From positions 1 to 29,694 of IMG/VR virus record IMGVR_UViG_3300017766_001388: a stretch of 29,694 nucleotides of DNA; one strand, written 5' to 3'. This DNA comes from a virus. Its lineage: Duplodnaviria > Caudoviricetes. A program made the position numbers and the translations under genes. Numbering within the stretch: the stretch's first letter is position 1; each line of letters opens with the position of its first letter. The notes below the pieces were generated by a model, which was not told where the DNA came from, did no database searches, and was given only the letters and a program-made list of their open reading frames with translations. Positions 1 through 9,224 of the stretch are shown one piece after another.

Positions 1-13
1 TCGGGAGGGGTAA

Positions 14-1093
14 GTGAAAAAGTATTGGACAAGTTTAACCAGCACATACGTGCCAGATTGGTCAGCTCCCGAAGCTGTACGGGAAATATTACAGAACTTC
101 CTTGACTCTCCTTCAGGATTTGAGTATGATTTTAGTGGAGACACATTAGAGTTTACTAATAAAGGAATTACCTTACACCAATCAACTATTCTAATGGGCA
201 GTACGTCCAAACGAGATGAGCTTGATTCAGTTGGCGGCAAGGGTGAAGGATATAAGTTGGCATGTTTAGTGTTACTTCGTGAAGGTTATGGTGTTACTAT
301 TTACAATGGAAGTAAACTTTGGATTCCAGCAACTGAGTTTAATGAAGATTACGAGGCAGATTGTTTAGTCTTTAATGAAACAGAAAGAAGTTATGGGAAT
401 GATTTAACTTTTGAAATCTCAGGTGTAGATGAATCACTTACTTCTGAAATAGTTGATAAGTGTCTCTACTTACAGAAAGATCTTGGTGAAGTGTTAGAAG
501 GAACTCGTGGACGAGTATTGAAAGACAAGCCTAACATGCTTTATGTGGGAGGATTGTGGGTATGTGAAATTAGCTCAAAGTATAGTTATGACTTTCACCC
601 TCAATATCTCCCTTTGAACAGAGACAGGAAGTCAGTGAGTGGTTGGGACTTAGCTAAGAACACAACAGCTTTGCTTGAAGAAGTTATGCCTGTTGAAGAA
701 TTAGTTAAACTTACTATTGACAAGACTGTAGATGCTGGTTCATACTATGGACGATTCAAGTCTGATGATGTAGCTGAAGGAATGTATGAATACTTTAAGG
801 AAGAGTTTGGTGCTACAGCAGTAGTTGCTGAGGATTACAATGAAGAAGAGAAGCTTACAAAACGTGGTTACAAGAATGTAAGAGTGGTGTATAATTCAAA
901 TCAACGTGAGTTAATTAAGCAAGCACCAAGTTATCAAGAGTTTTTGGAAGAGTTAGATAATGTTGTTGAACCAGAAGATTCTCGCAGTCCTTTGGAGATG
1001 TTAGATGATTGGTGGGAAAAGGATGGAGGAGAAACTAGTTTTAAAGAATTACTTGCTTTATTTAAAGAACGTGGTGTAATCTGGAATGACTAA
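14..1093 (+). CDS. GHKL (HATPase_c/Hsp90-like) ATPase domain protein
   Basis: N-box EAVREILQNFLDS, FTNKG, and GSTSK...VGGKGEGYKLA Gly-rich lid; SD GGGAGG upstream of the GTG start. Confidence 0.75.
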   Translation: MKKYWTSLTSTYVPDWSAPEAVREILQNFLDSPSGFEYDFSGDTLEFTNKGITLHQSTILMGSTSKRDELDSVGGKGEGYKLACLVLLREGYGVTIYNGSKLWIPATEFNEDYEADCLVFNETERSYGNDLTFEISGVDESLTSEIVDKCLYLQKDLGEVLEGTRGRVLKDKPNMLYVGGLWVCEISSKYSYDFHPQYLPLNRDRKSVSGWDLAKNTTALLEEVMPVEELVKLTIDKTVDAGSYYGRFKSDDVAEGMYEYFKEEFGATAVVAEDYNEEEKLTKRGYKNVRVVYNSNQRELIKQAPSYQEFLEELDNVVEPEDSRSPLEMLDDWWEKDGGETSFKELLALFKERGVIWND

Positions 1094-2198
1094 ATTCAAG
1101 AAAGGTGACTTAATTGAGTGCGATTCAACTTCAATAGCTAGGGTTGGGGTAGGTGAGAAGTTTATTGTGGTGGAGATCAGACCTCAATTATCTGCCCCTA
1201 GCTTTCACCCCGAACTTGTTTACATTGAGGTTGATGGAGTTATACGAAATTACAGCCCTAAACATTTTAAATTAGTGGAACAGGAGGAAACAATGTCCCG
1301 CACAGAAATTAAAGATAAAGGTAGTGGTAGTAAGAAGTCAGAATGGTTTGGATACAAATATCGAGTAACACCTGAAACAAGTAAGTTGTTACAAGAGGCT
1401 GTATTTAAGGATGGAGGTGGTTGGTCAGGTAAGCAAGATTTTAAAAGTCGCTGTACTCATATCTTCATTACAGCAGATGGTTATATGACGTACTTAGACG
1501 ATGGAGATGATGAGTATTTTGAAGAAGAGTCTGATCTACCAGAAAAAGATCCACCACAAGTTAAAACAAAGAAAGAGTTCAAAGAAGGTTATTGGTATAA
1601 GTGTGTTGAAAGTACCTGTGCTAATGCACTCACCAAAGGTAAGTATTATCAATGCAAGAGTATAAGTAAAACTATCGACAGAATATCCATTATCATAGAC
1701 AATGGCGAGTTGGATGATTGGCCTTGGTCTAGGTTTGACCTTAACTCTGAATCAACGTTTAACCCTATGGTAAGTGTGGATTTACAGAATGAAAATACCA
1801 CCAGTGTCACTGTAGTAAAAGCAAGACCTGTTAAAGACAATCCTCATTTTTATCTTGGGGAATTTAATGCAGAAACAAACAATTTATTTAACCAACAAGA
1901 GGAAACAAATATGAGTAATGCAAGTAATCGTCGTATCGTAACTGTTCGAGTGTTTGACTTAGATCCAGCTTTGGATGTAGAACATTCACTAGTACATGTA
2001 TTTAAAGATGTTGTGACAGAAGATACAAATGATGTAACTTTAACTGAATTGCTCCACACAGGTAAACTAGTAGAGCCTTTGGCTGAACACAACAAGATTC
2101 GTACAGCACAAGACAACAAAGACATTTTGGCTCGCACAGGTAAGAAAGTTAAGCTTGAGCCTGTTAAAGTTAAGAATCTGAGTTTTAAGTACGTGTAA
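1086..2198 (+). CDS. Multidomain hypothetical protein with SH3-like modules and internal in-frame starts at 1293 and 1911
   Basis: 370 aa ORF; FKKGDLIEC and FKEGYWYKC modules; CAGGAGG and AGAGGA SD sequences precede in-frame ATGs. Confidence 0.75.
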   Translation: MTKFKKGDLIECDSTSIARVGVGEKFIVVEIRPQLSAPSFHPELVYIEVDGVIRNYSPKHFKLVEQEETMSRTEIKDKGSGSKKSEWFGYKYRVTPETSKLLQEAVFKDGGGWSGKQDFKSRCTHIFITADGYMTYLDDGDDEYFEEESDLPEKDPPQVKTKKEFKEGYWYKCVESTCANALTKGKYYQCKSISKTIDRISIIIDNGELDDWPWSRFDLNSESTFNPMVSVDLQNENTTSVTVVKARPVKDNPHFYLGEFNAETNNLFNQQEETNMSNASNRRIVTVRVFDLDPALDVEHSLVHVFKDVVTEDTNDVTLTELLHTGKLVEPLAEHNKIRTAQDNKDILARTGKKVKLEPVKVKNLSFKYV

Positions 2199-2229
2199 AC
2201 ATTTAAAGCAATAAACATTCAATATTGTT

Positions 2230-2256
2230 AAAGGGACGTAAGTCCCTTTCTTATTT
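2230..2256 (+). terminator. Rho-independent terminator
   Basis: AAAGGGAC-GTAA-GTCCCTTT stem with a GNRA loop, followed by CTTATTT. Confidence 0.8.
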
Positions 2257-2271
2257 CTGAGGAGAACATTT

Positions 2272-2661
2272 ATGACTATTGGCGAGAATGAATTTTACTT
2301 GCGTGAGTATATGCACCAACAAGATCAGCTTCAACAAAAGTGGATGGACTCTCTTCCAGAAATGATTGAAGCTATTGTAGAACACAGTGTTAAAGCTCTT
2401 GAGATGGGAATTTGTGCTCATGAATTTGATTGGATATTCACACGCTACACTAACTCTGATGAAGGTTATGAGCAACTGTCCTCTGTCTTAGATCAGTGGA
2501 ATGAAGGTGAAGTAGATCCTGAAGATGAACCATTCTTACATGAGGTGGCACTGATTGCTTTAGAGGGATCAGCAGAGGTATTATTTAATGAAAGTTTATA
2601 TGAGATAGTTTCAATGGGCGGATACTCAATTAATAAATTAGTGTTGGAGGTGATTTCGTGA
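2272..2661 (+). CDS. Acidic hypothetical protein
   Basis: 129 aa ORF with GAGGAG SD; GTGA overlap with the next gene. Confidence 0.75.
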   Translation: MTIGENEFYLREYMHQQDQLQQKWMDSLPEMIEAIVEHSVKALEMGICAHEFDWIFTRYTNSDEGYEQLSSVLDQWNEGEVDPEDEPFLHEVALIALEGSAEVLFNESLYEIVSMGGYSINKLVLEVIS

Positions 2662-2867
2662 GTCTCTTCATAATGCAGGAAGATGGATATTACGGTAAAG
2701 TTAAGCTACCAAAAGAAGTATTCAAACAATTGGATAGTCACTATTTTATCTCTCGGTGTACCCCAACTGTTAAATTTATGTGTGCTAATGAAGATGAGAC
2801 TCGTCACTTAAACAGTCTTGGTGTAAAAACAATTATTTGTGACTGGTACAAGTTGGAGTGTGAGTAA
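2658..2867 (+). CDS. Hypothetical protein
   Basis: GGAGG SD, GTG start overlapping the upstream stop. Confidence 0.7.
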   Translation: MSLFIMQEDGYYGKVKLPKEVFKQLDSHYFISRCTPTVKFMCANEDETRHLNSLGVKTIICDWYKLECE

Positions 2868-3056
2868 ATGAAACTATTAACAACAATGATTGTCCTATCA
2901 TTCCTAACAGCTTGTTCATCTGTTCCAGATAGTGGATATGTCACACAAGATGATCCTGTTAGGTCAGAGTGTCGAGATGGAGAGTTGTGGGTGGTGAATA
3001 ATAGTGGGGAGTATAACTTAGGAGATAAGTGTGAAGTCTTACGCCCAAGCTTATAA
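2868..3056 (+). CDS. Small lipoprotein
   Basis: MKLLTTMIVLSFLTAC: basic N-terminus, hydrophobic core, lipobox LTAC. Confidence 0.75.
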   Translation: MKLLTTMIVLSFLTACSSVPDSGYVTQDDPVRSECRDGELWVVNNSGEYNLGDKCEVLRPSL

Positions 3057-3267
3057 AGATATATTCGGGGAAGATCTAAAGAGGGATAACTATAAGCTTG
3101 AAGGACACTCTTTTGAATTTAATTCAAGAATAGGTAAATCTGTTTGTAAAAGGTGTGGCTTAGTTTACCTAAAGAATAGTTTTACTGAGTGGAGTGTCAA
3201 GATGGGGTGTTTATCATCTGATCATCCTCAATATGAAAACAAGAGAAAATCTACGGGGTTAAAATGA
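3031..3267 (+). CDS. Small putative Zn-binding protein
   Basis: AGGAG SD; H...CKRCGL...C pattern. Confidence 0.65.
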   Translation: MKSYAQAYKDIFGEDLKRDNYKLEGHSFEFNSRIGKSVCKRCGLVYLKNSFTEWSVKMGCLSSDHPQYENKRKSTGLK

Positions 3268-3341
3268 ACTACGAATTAATTTATTGGTTTAGGGAGGACA
3301 TTGTGTTTTCTTTAATGTGTGTGTTTATGGGGGTTTTGTGA
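3264..3341 (+). CDS. Putative 25-aa hydrophobic peptide, not in the ORF track
   Basis: MNYELIYWFREDIVFSLMCVFMGVL; ATGA overlap upstream and GTGA overlap with the primase start downstream. Confidence 0.4.
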   Translation: MNYELIYWFREDIVFSLMCVFMGVL

Positions 3342-5044
3342 GTTGTATAGAGAAGATTAAACATAACGTAAGTCATTGCACAGCAGAAAAAGGTTTGCAG
3401 GTATTCTATGATGACGGTAAAGGCAAACATACTGGCTACTGTTTTAGTTGTGCTGCAAGGGGTTTAGAGGCTTATGTGGCAGACCCTTATGGTGATGGAG
3501 TTGAAAGAGATCCACCAAAAAAGAAACCTCGTGAAGAAACAGAGGCTGAAATTGCTGAAATACGGGCGCTACAGAATCCAAACTTTATTCACCGTGGAAT
3601 AAAGATTGAGTATCTCCAACAGTCCGGTATTAGGATGGCTTTTAGTGAATTCGATGGCAAGACTCCAAATAGTTTGTGTTATCCATATACCCTTTCTGGG
3701 AAGCTTGTGGGTTACAAAGTGAAAGTAATCAATAAGAAGATTATGTGGTCTATTGGTGAAACAAAAGGTGCAGATTTATTCAATTGGGAGATTGCTAAGA
3801 AGAAGGGTGTAAAACGCCTCTATGTCACAGAGGGTGAAGAAGACTGCCTCTCTCTGGAGCAGATGCTTGATGAAATAGGCAAAGGGCAATACAAACATGC
3901 GGTTGTAAGTCTTGGCAATGGGGCTGGTAGTGCTGTCACAACCCTTGGCAGAATGCGTAAGGAGATTGAATCTTTATTTGATGAGGTTGTCTTAGTATTT
4001 GATAATGATGAAGCTGGAGCAAAGGCTACCCGAGATGTGCAGAAGATATGGCCTGACATTTTAGAAGCACCACATGTATCTGGCATTAAGGATGCGAATG
4101 ATGCCCTAAACTCTAAGTCTAAAGTTGTGTTTGCTGAGTATGTTCGTTGGAAAGCTCGTAAACCACCAATACAAGGTGTGGTGACTGTCTCAGAGATTAT
4201 GAGTAAGGGGGAAGACCCAAGTGTTAAAGGTTACAGCTACCCTTGGGAGACTTTAGATAAAGTGTTATATGGTCAATATATGGGGGAAAGTCTGTGTATT
4301 GCTGGCGCTGTAGGTGGAGGTAAGACAGCTATTGCTCACGAACTTATTGCCCACAATATGATGTACCATAAGTTGCCCTGCTTCGCCATACTTTTGGAAG
4401 AGACTAATATAAAAACTATTAGAAATATCTGTGGTAAGATTGACAGTTTGATGTATAGTAACCCAGAAGTGTTGGAAGCCAACAAAGAGCGTATGTATGA
4501 AACAGCCAGAATGTTGGAGAACATGCTTTATGTATGGAACTCCGCTGGTAATACAAGTATAAGGTTTGACATTAAAGAAGTGTTATCTGCAATACGTTAC
4601 AATCATTTAGAATATGGTTGCATGATGTTTTACATCGACAACATGACTAAACTTGTTGATGGTCTCACTAGTGCAGAGGCTAATGAGTTTATCAACAAAT
4701 ATTCAAGTGAGTTGGCAAATCTGGCAAGTGAGTTGGGTGTACACATTGGCTTATTCAGTCACTTGAACCCACCACAGAAAGGTGTTGATCATGAGCATGG
4801 TGGGCAGATATTTTTAAGTCAATTAACTGGCAGTCGTGGAGTGATGCGTTCTTTTGCAACCGCCCTTGGTTTTGAACGTAACCAGTATGCACCTAATGGA
4901 AAAGACCAGAACAGTTTTATTCGTGTACTTAAAAATCGTGAGCATGGGGATAAGATTGCAGTTAAGACGCAGTATAGTAAAGTTACAGGCCGCCTTCTTG
5001 AATTCAACTGGGAGGGTGATTCACTTATAACAGAGGAGAAGTAG
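3338..5044 (+). CDS. T7 gp4-like DNA primase-helicase
   Basis: N-terminal Zn motif (GYCFSC); TOPRIM YVTEGEED, VFDNDEAG, KDAND; SF4 Walker A GAVGGGKT, Walker B FYIDN, SHL, LTGS, VLKNR; likely start is GTG 3338. Confidence 0.93.
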   Translation: MSCIEKIKHNVSHCTAEKGLQVFYDDGKGKHTGYCFSCAARGLEAYVADPYGDGVERDPPKKKPREETEAEIAEIRALQNPNFIHRGIKIEYLQQSGIRMAFSEFDGKTPNSLCYPYTLSGKLVGYKVKVINKKIMWSIGETKGADLFNWEIAKKKGVKRLYVTEGEEDCLSLEQMLDEIGKGQYKHAVVSLGNGAGSAVTTLGRMRKEIESLFDEVVLVFDNDEAGAKATRDVQKIWPDILEAPHVSGIKDANDALNSKSKVVFAEYVRWKARKPPIQGVVTVSEIMSKGEDPSVKGYSYPWETLDKVLYGQYMGESLCIAGAVGGGKTAIAHELIAHNMMYHKLPCFAILLEETNIKTIRNICGKIDSLMYSNPEVLEANKERMYETARMLENMLYVWNSAGNTSIRFDIKEVLSAIRYNHLEYGCMMFYIDNMTKLVDGLTSAEANEFINKYSSELANLASELGVHIGLFSHLNPPQKGVDHEHGGQIFLSQLTGSRGVMRSFATALGFERNQYAPNGKDQNSFIRVLKNREHGDKIAVKTQYSKVTGRLLEFNWEGDSLITEEK

Positions 5045-5053
5045 TGGGGGCGA

Positions 5054-7156
5054 ATGAAGCAGATAACAAATTGGAGAAAAGCAACCGTAGCGGACATGGA
5101 GGCTGATGGTCTTCTTGATCAAGCTACAAAGATCCACGTATTAAGTTATAACATGTTAGGTAAGACTGGAAGTTTGTCTGGTGAGAAAGAAGAGGAACGT
5201 ATTAAGAAATTCTTCCAACACCATATTGAAACAGCTACGCCAATTGTTATGCACAATGGTATAACTTATGATGTACCATTAGCAGAAAAGATTTATGGTG
5301 TTGACCTAAGTAATTTGATGTTGATTGACTCTCTGAGTCTTAGTTGGTACTTAAACACTGAAAGACAAGTCCACGGTTTAGATTCTTTCTTTGAGGACTA
5401 TGGTATTGCCAAACCTAAGATTGATGATTGGGAAAATCTTAGTTATGAAGAGTACGTGAATCGTTGTACAGAAGATGTGAAGATTAATGTGGCTTTGTGG
5501 GAAGATTTTAAAGAACGTCTCACAGATATTTACTCCAATGTTAAACGTTGTGTTGATGGTGGATTAGTTGATGGCAGAAGAATGTCAGAAGATGAGGTGT
5601 GCTACATTGATCAGTACAAACAGTCTTCTACAGTTGATGAGTACATTGATCGAATCTTGACTTTTTTAATGTTCAAAGCTGATTGTGCAAGACTGAAAGA
5701 AAAGACTAAGTTTAAAGTTGATGTAGAAAAGCTGGACTGTTTAATTGACTCTCTTGGGACAACTATTGAAGATGCTAAGGCAGAACTTGAAAGTGTTATG
5801 CCTCCAGTACCACAGTACACTGAGAAAAACAGGCCAGCGAAACCTTACAAAAAGAATGGTGAGTTATCTGTTTCTGGATTATCTTGGCAAGAAACTCTAG
5901 CTAGAGTTGGTGAGAAAGATGAATCTGGTAACATTGTTGTTGAACAAGTTGATGTGGATACTATAAGGATATTAAAAAGCTATGATCCTCCAAACATTAA
6001 CGGACACCAGCAGATTAAAGACTTTCTTTTTTCTAAAGGTTGGGAACCGCGAAACTTTAAATTTGTTAAGGATGAAAAGGCACAACAAGCTTGGGCTGAT
6101 AGTGGTTTCAAGCCACAACTAAAACCTAAACCTAGGTCAATACCTCAAGTAAGTATTGATGGTGATGATGGTAAAGAATTATGTCCATCTGTAGTAGAAC
6201 TTGCAGAACGTGTCCCTGAGATTATGGCTTATGCCAAGTACACCACTATCAAACATCGTCTCGATATGTGTAAAGGTTTTAAAGAGTCTTTGAGGGAAGG
6301 TGGTTATCTGTGTGCAAGGGTTGGTGGTTACACAAACACATTAAGGGAGAAACATCGTGAACTTGTTAACCTACCATCTGTCAAGAAGCCTTATGGAAAA
6401 GATATCCGTGGACTTCTGGTGGCTGAACGTGGTAAAGTTTTGTTGGGCAGTGATATGTCCTCACTTGAGGATCGCGTGAAACATAATTTCATGTTGCCTT
6501 ATGATGCTGCTTATGTAAGGACAATGATGGACTCTGACTATGACCCTCACTTGGAGACAGCTTGTGCGTCAGGATTAATTACACAGCAAGATGTTGTTGA
6601 GTATAAGTCTGGCAACAAACGTCCTGAAGTGGTTGTTGCTCGTGGTATAGGTAAATCAACAAACTATGCAGCAGTTTACGGAAGTGGTGCTGAGACATTA
6701 GCAAGAACATCTGGAATGTCTGTAGCAAATGCTAAGATTGCTCTTGAAGGTTATTGGAAGTTAAACTGGTCTGTTAAAGCCATTGCAGAAGATCAGTGCG
6801 TTATTGAAGATAGTCGTGGGGGCAAGTGGCTAGTTAATCCAGTTAATGGCTTTGCTTACTCGTTAAGAAGTGATAAAGATAGATTTTCAACATTGTGTCA
6901 AGGCACTGGTAGTTATATGTTTGATATGTGGTGTGATGAGATTCTTACTCAGATGTATGCCAAATGGGGTGTGAAGAGACTTAATCTACAAGCGCATGAT
7001 GAATATGTAACATCATTTACAGACACTGAAATTAATAGGGAAGCTATGAAGAAGATAACTGAAGATGCCATCACAACAATTAATAAACGTTATTACATGC
7101 GTAGGGAATTAGGTTGTGAAGTACAATTTGGGGAAAATTATGCTGCCATTCACTAA
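5054..7156 (+). CDS. polA: Family A DNA polymerase with 3'-5' exonuclease
   Basis: Exo motifs DMEAD, HNGITYD, RCTEDV; polymerase motifs A (GSDMSSLEDR), B (GKSTNYAAVYG), C (QAHDE). Confidence 0.95.
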   Translation: MKQITNWRKATVADMEADGLLDQATKIHVLSYNMLGKTGSLSGEKEEERIKKFFQHHIETATPIVMHNGITYDVPLAEKIYGVDLSNLMLIDSLSLSWYLNTERQVHGLDSFFEDYGIAKPKIDDWENLSYEEYVNRCTEDVKINVALWEDFKERLTDIYSNVKRCVDGGLVDGRRMSEDEVCYIDQYKQSSTVDEYIDRILTFLMFKADCARLKEKTKFKVDVEKLDCLIDSLGTTIEDAKAELESVMPPVPQYTEKNRPAKPYKKNGELSVSGLSWQETLARVGEKDESGNIVVEQVDVDTIRILKSYDPPNINGHQQIKDFLFSKGWEPRNFKFVKDEKAQQAWADSGFKPQLKPKPRSIPQVSIDGDDGKELCPSVVELAERVPEIMAYAKYTTIKHRLDMCKGFKESLREGGYLCARVGGYTNTLREKHRELVNLPSVKKPYGKDIRGLLVAERGKVLLGSDMSSLEDRVKHNFMLPYDAAYVRTMMDSDYDPHLETACASGLITQQDVVEYKSGNKRPEVVVARGIGKSTNYAAVYGSGAETLARTSGMSVANAKIALEGYWKLNWSVKAIAEDQCVIEDSRGGKWLVNPVNGFAYSLRSDKDRFSTLCQGTGSYMFDMWCDEILTQMYAKWGVKRLNLQAHDEYVTSFTDTEINREAMKKITEDAITTINKRYYMRRELGCEVQFGENYAAIH

Positions 7157-7168
7157 GGTTATTTACAA

Positions 7169-7828
7169 ATGACAGAAAAATCTGCATTAAGAGCTAGATT
7201 AAAGAAAGTCTATGGTATTGGCATTAACGATGCAGATTACCCCGTACAGAGATTCTCTTACAAACTGGATGAAGCAGGTAACACCGTAGTTGATAAAAGG
7301 GAGTGGACTTGTCCCTATTATGAAGTTTGGTATGACATGTTCCGTAGGTGTTGCTCTAGTTGGAAAAGAAGTGATTCTTACATAAATTACAAAGATTGTT
7401 CTGTTTGTGAGGAATGGCTTATATTTTCTAACTTTAAGAGTTGGATGGAAACACAAGATTGGGGAGGTAAGGTTTTGGATAAAGATCTTTTGATTCTAGG
7501 CAACAAGATTTATTCCCCAAATACTTGTATATTTATCAGCAACGAACTGAACCAATTCTTTAAGGACAGGTCTAACCACAGAGGAAAATGTAGCAGTGTT
7601 GGTGTTACGATTATTGATGGTAAGTACGTCTCTAGGTGTTCTGACCCATTTTTAAAAGAAAGGGTTTACCTTGGATTCTATGATACTGAAGAAGAAGCTC
7701 ACCTTGCTTGGAAAGACTACAAGCATAAATTATCCTTACAATGGGCATCTATGCTAGAGTCTGAAGGGTATAATAGTAGAGTTGTGAATGCCCTTAGAGA
7801 AAGATACAGCAATGAGGAAGTAACATGA
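7169..7828 (+). CDS. Free-standing HNH-like homing endonuclease with AP2-like C-terminus
   Basis: YGIGINDA, WYDMFRRC, VCEEWLIFSNFKSW, LDKDLL..GNKIYSPNTC, YLGFYDTEEEAH. Confidence 0.85.
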   Translation: MTEKSALRARLKKVYGIGINDADYPVQRFSYKLDEAGNTVVDKREWTCPYYEVWYDMFRRCCSSWKRSDSYINYKDCSVCEEWLIFSNFKSWMETQDWGGKVLDKDLLILGNKIYSPNTCIFISNELNQFFKDRSNHRGKCSSVGVTIIDGKYVSRCSDPFLKERVYLGFYDTEEEAHLAWKDYKHKLSLQWASMLESEGYNSRVVNALRERYSNEEVT

Positions 7829-8079
7829 AAGACAAAAATTATTGGGCTATAATCATGGTATGGTTGGTCTTACTTTTAACTCAAGTAAACACATATTTCA
7901 TGAACAAAAGAATCTCTTCTCTTGAAGAGAAAGTAGAATTAATTGAGAAATCAATTAAAGAACAAGCTTCTAGTCAGGAGGAGATTAATTCCTTTAACCA
8001 GAAGTTTTATCAAGATCAATTGTATTTTAACACATACATTTATCAAACATTAATTGTAAATAGAGGAAAACCGTTATGA
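7825..8079 (+). CDS. Membrane-anchored coiled-coil protein
   Basis: N-terminal hydrophobic helix WAIIMVWLVLLL followed by a heptad-like segment; GAGGA SD. Confidence 0.7.
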   Translation: MKDKNYWAIIMVWLVLLLTQVNTYFMNKRISSLEEKVELIEKSIKEQASSQEEINSFNQKFYQDQLYFNTYIYQTLIVNRGKPL

Positions 8080-8255
8080 GTAATAAATCAGTATATTCAA
8101 TCGTATCAACTGGTACACAAACATCTCTGAGTGAACCAACATTCAGTCGTGAGATTGCAAGAGCTACCCTTCAGACATTGAAAGGTAAAGGTGTTTTGGA
8201 TGCTGTTATTAAATCATCCAAGATTAATTTGAATGATTCAAAAAGAATCCGATAA
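8076..8255 (+). CDS. Hypothetical 59-aa protein, not in the ORF track
   Basis: AGAGGA SD, ATGA overlap; MSNKSVYSIV...DSKRIR-TAA fills the gap. Confidence 0.65.
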   Translation: MSNKSVYSIVSTGTQTSLSEPTFSREIARATLQTLKGKGVLDAVIKSSKINLNDSKRIR

Positions 8256-8265
8256 GGAGAAGTAA

Positions 8266-8502
8266 ATGAGTAAGAAAAAGTTAAGTCGTGCAGAAGCTCG
8301 CCGACAATATGACAGTCGTCCATCAACACAGTACAATCAGGATTTTACAAGCTGGTTGATCTGGAGCAGCATTATTCTTGATGATGGTTATTCAGAGAGT
8401 CGTAGTTACGATAATGGTTCATCAAGTTTTAATAGTAGTAGCTATGATAGTTGTTCTAGCTACAGTTCAGATAGTTCATCATCCAGCAGTTCATGTGATT
8501 AA
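8266..8502 (+). CDS. Small protein with Ser-rich low-complexity tail
   Basis: AAGGAG SD; C-terminus SSYDSCSSYSSDSSSSSSSCD. Confidence 0.75.
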   Translation: MSKKKLSRAEARRQYDSRPSTQYNQDFTSWLIWSSIILDDGYSESRSYDNGSSSFNSSSYDSCSSYSSDSSSSSSSCD

Positions 8503-8525
8503 TTTAAAATAGGAGAAATAAAAAT

Positions 8526-9215
8526 ATGTCAAAGTTTAATACAGAAGTTGTTTACAAAGTAACTAAAGAAGCAAAAGGTGACAGTCCTGAGATGGGTTAC
8601 TTATACCTAAAAAATATTCCAGTAACTTTTGCGGTTGTTTTAGCACCTAAAAAGAAGCATAAATCTGAAGATTTGGCTTATCAAGTTAATGCTTTCATTA
8701 ACAAAGACACCCACGAAAAAATTGATGCAATTGGTGTCAATAAGGTATTTGCTGAGGTTGGTGTAACTAAAAAGACCAAAGGTGAGAATCGTGGTCAGGT
8801 TAAATACCCACTGGATGAACATAACTCACCGTATGCCGGTATGTTCGCTACACAACTAACTCGTGAAACAATTAAGCGTGACAAGAAGACAAATGAAATC
8901 ACCAAGAAATTTGATCCTTTGAAGTTAGTGGATACAGAGGGTAATCCTTTTACAGAAGAGGTGGGTAATGGTTCTATTTGTCATTTGAAGTTATTCTGCT
9001 ACCGTTCAGATGGTATGTTGAATACACAACTTGACACTGTGGTTGTGGTTGATCATGTGCCGTTTATTCGTTCAGGTGGTGATGGTTTCGATGAAGAACT
9101 TGGTATTACTGTTAAGTCTGCTGCTAAAGAGACTAAACCAGCAATTGATCCTGAGCTGAGTTCTACTGTAGATGATTTATCTTTGGATGATGATAGCGAT
9201 TCGGCTCCCTTTTAA
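8526..9215 (+). CDS. Single-stranded DNA-binding protein, T7 gp2.5-like
   Basis: Lies after the polymerase; VGNGS motif; acidic tail ending in Phe (DDDSDSAPF). Confidence 0.7.
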   Translation: MSKFNTEVVYKVTKEAKGDSPEMGYLYLKNIPVTFAVVLAPKKKHKSEDLAYQVNAFINKDTHEKIDAIGVNKVFAEVGVTKKTKGENRGQVKYPLDEHNSPYAGMFATQLTRETIKRDKKTNEITKKFDPLKLVDTEGNPFTEEVGNGSICHLKLFCYRSDGMLNTQLDTVVVVDHVPFIRSGGDGFDEELGITVKSAAKETKPAIDPELSSTVDDLSLDDDSDSAPF

Positions 9216-9224
9216 GGAGCCATC

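Noticed and set aside
8401-8499. AGT/TCA-rich repetitive DNA
   Set aside because: It is explained by the Ser-rich protein tail and shows no repeat-spacer periodicity, so it is not CRISPR or a DGR.
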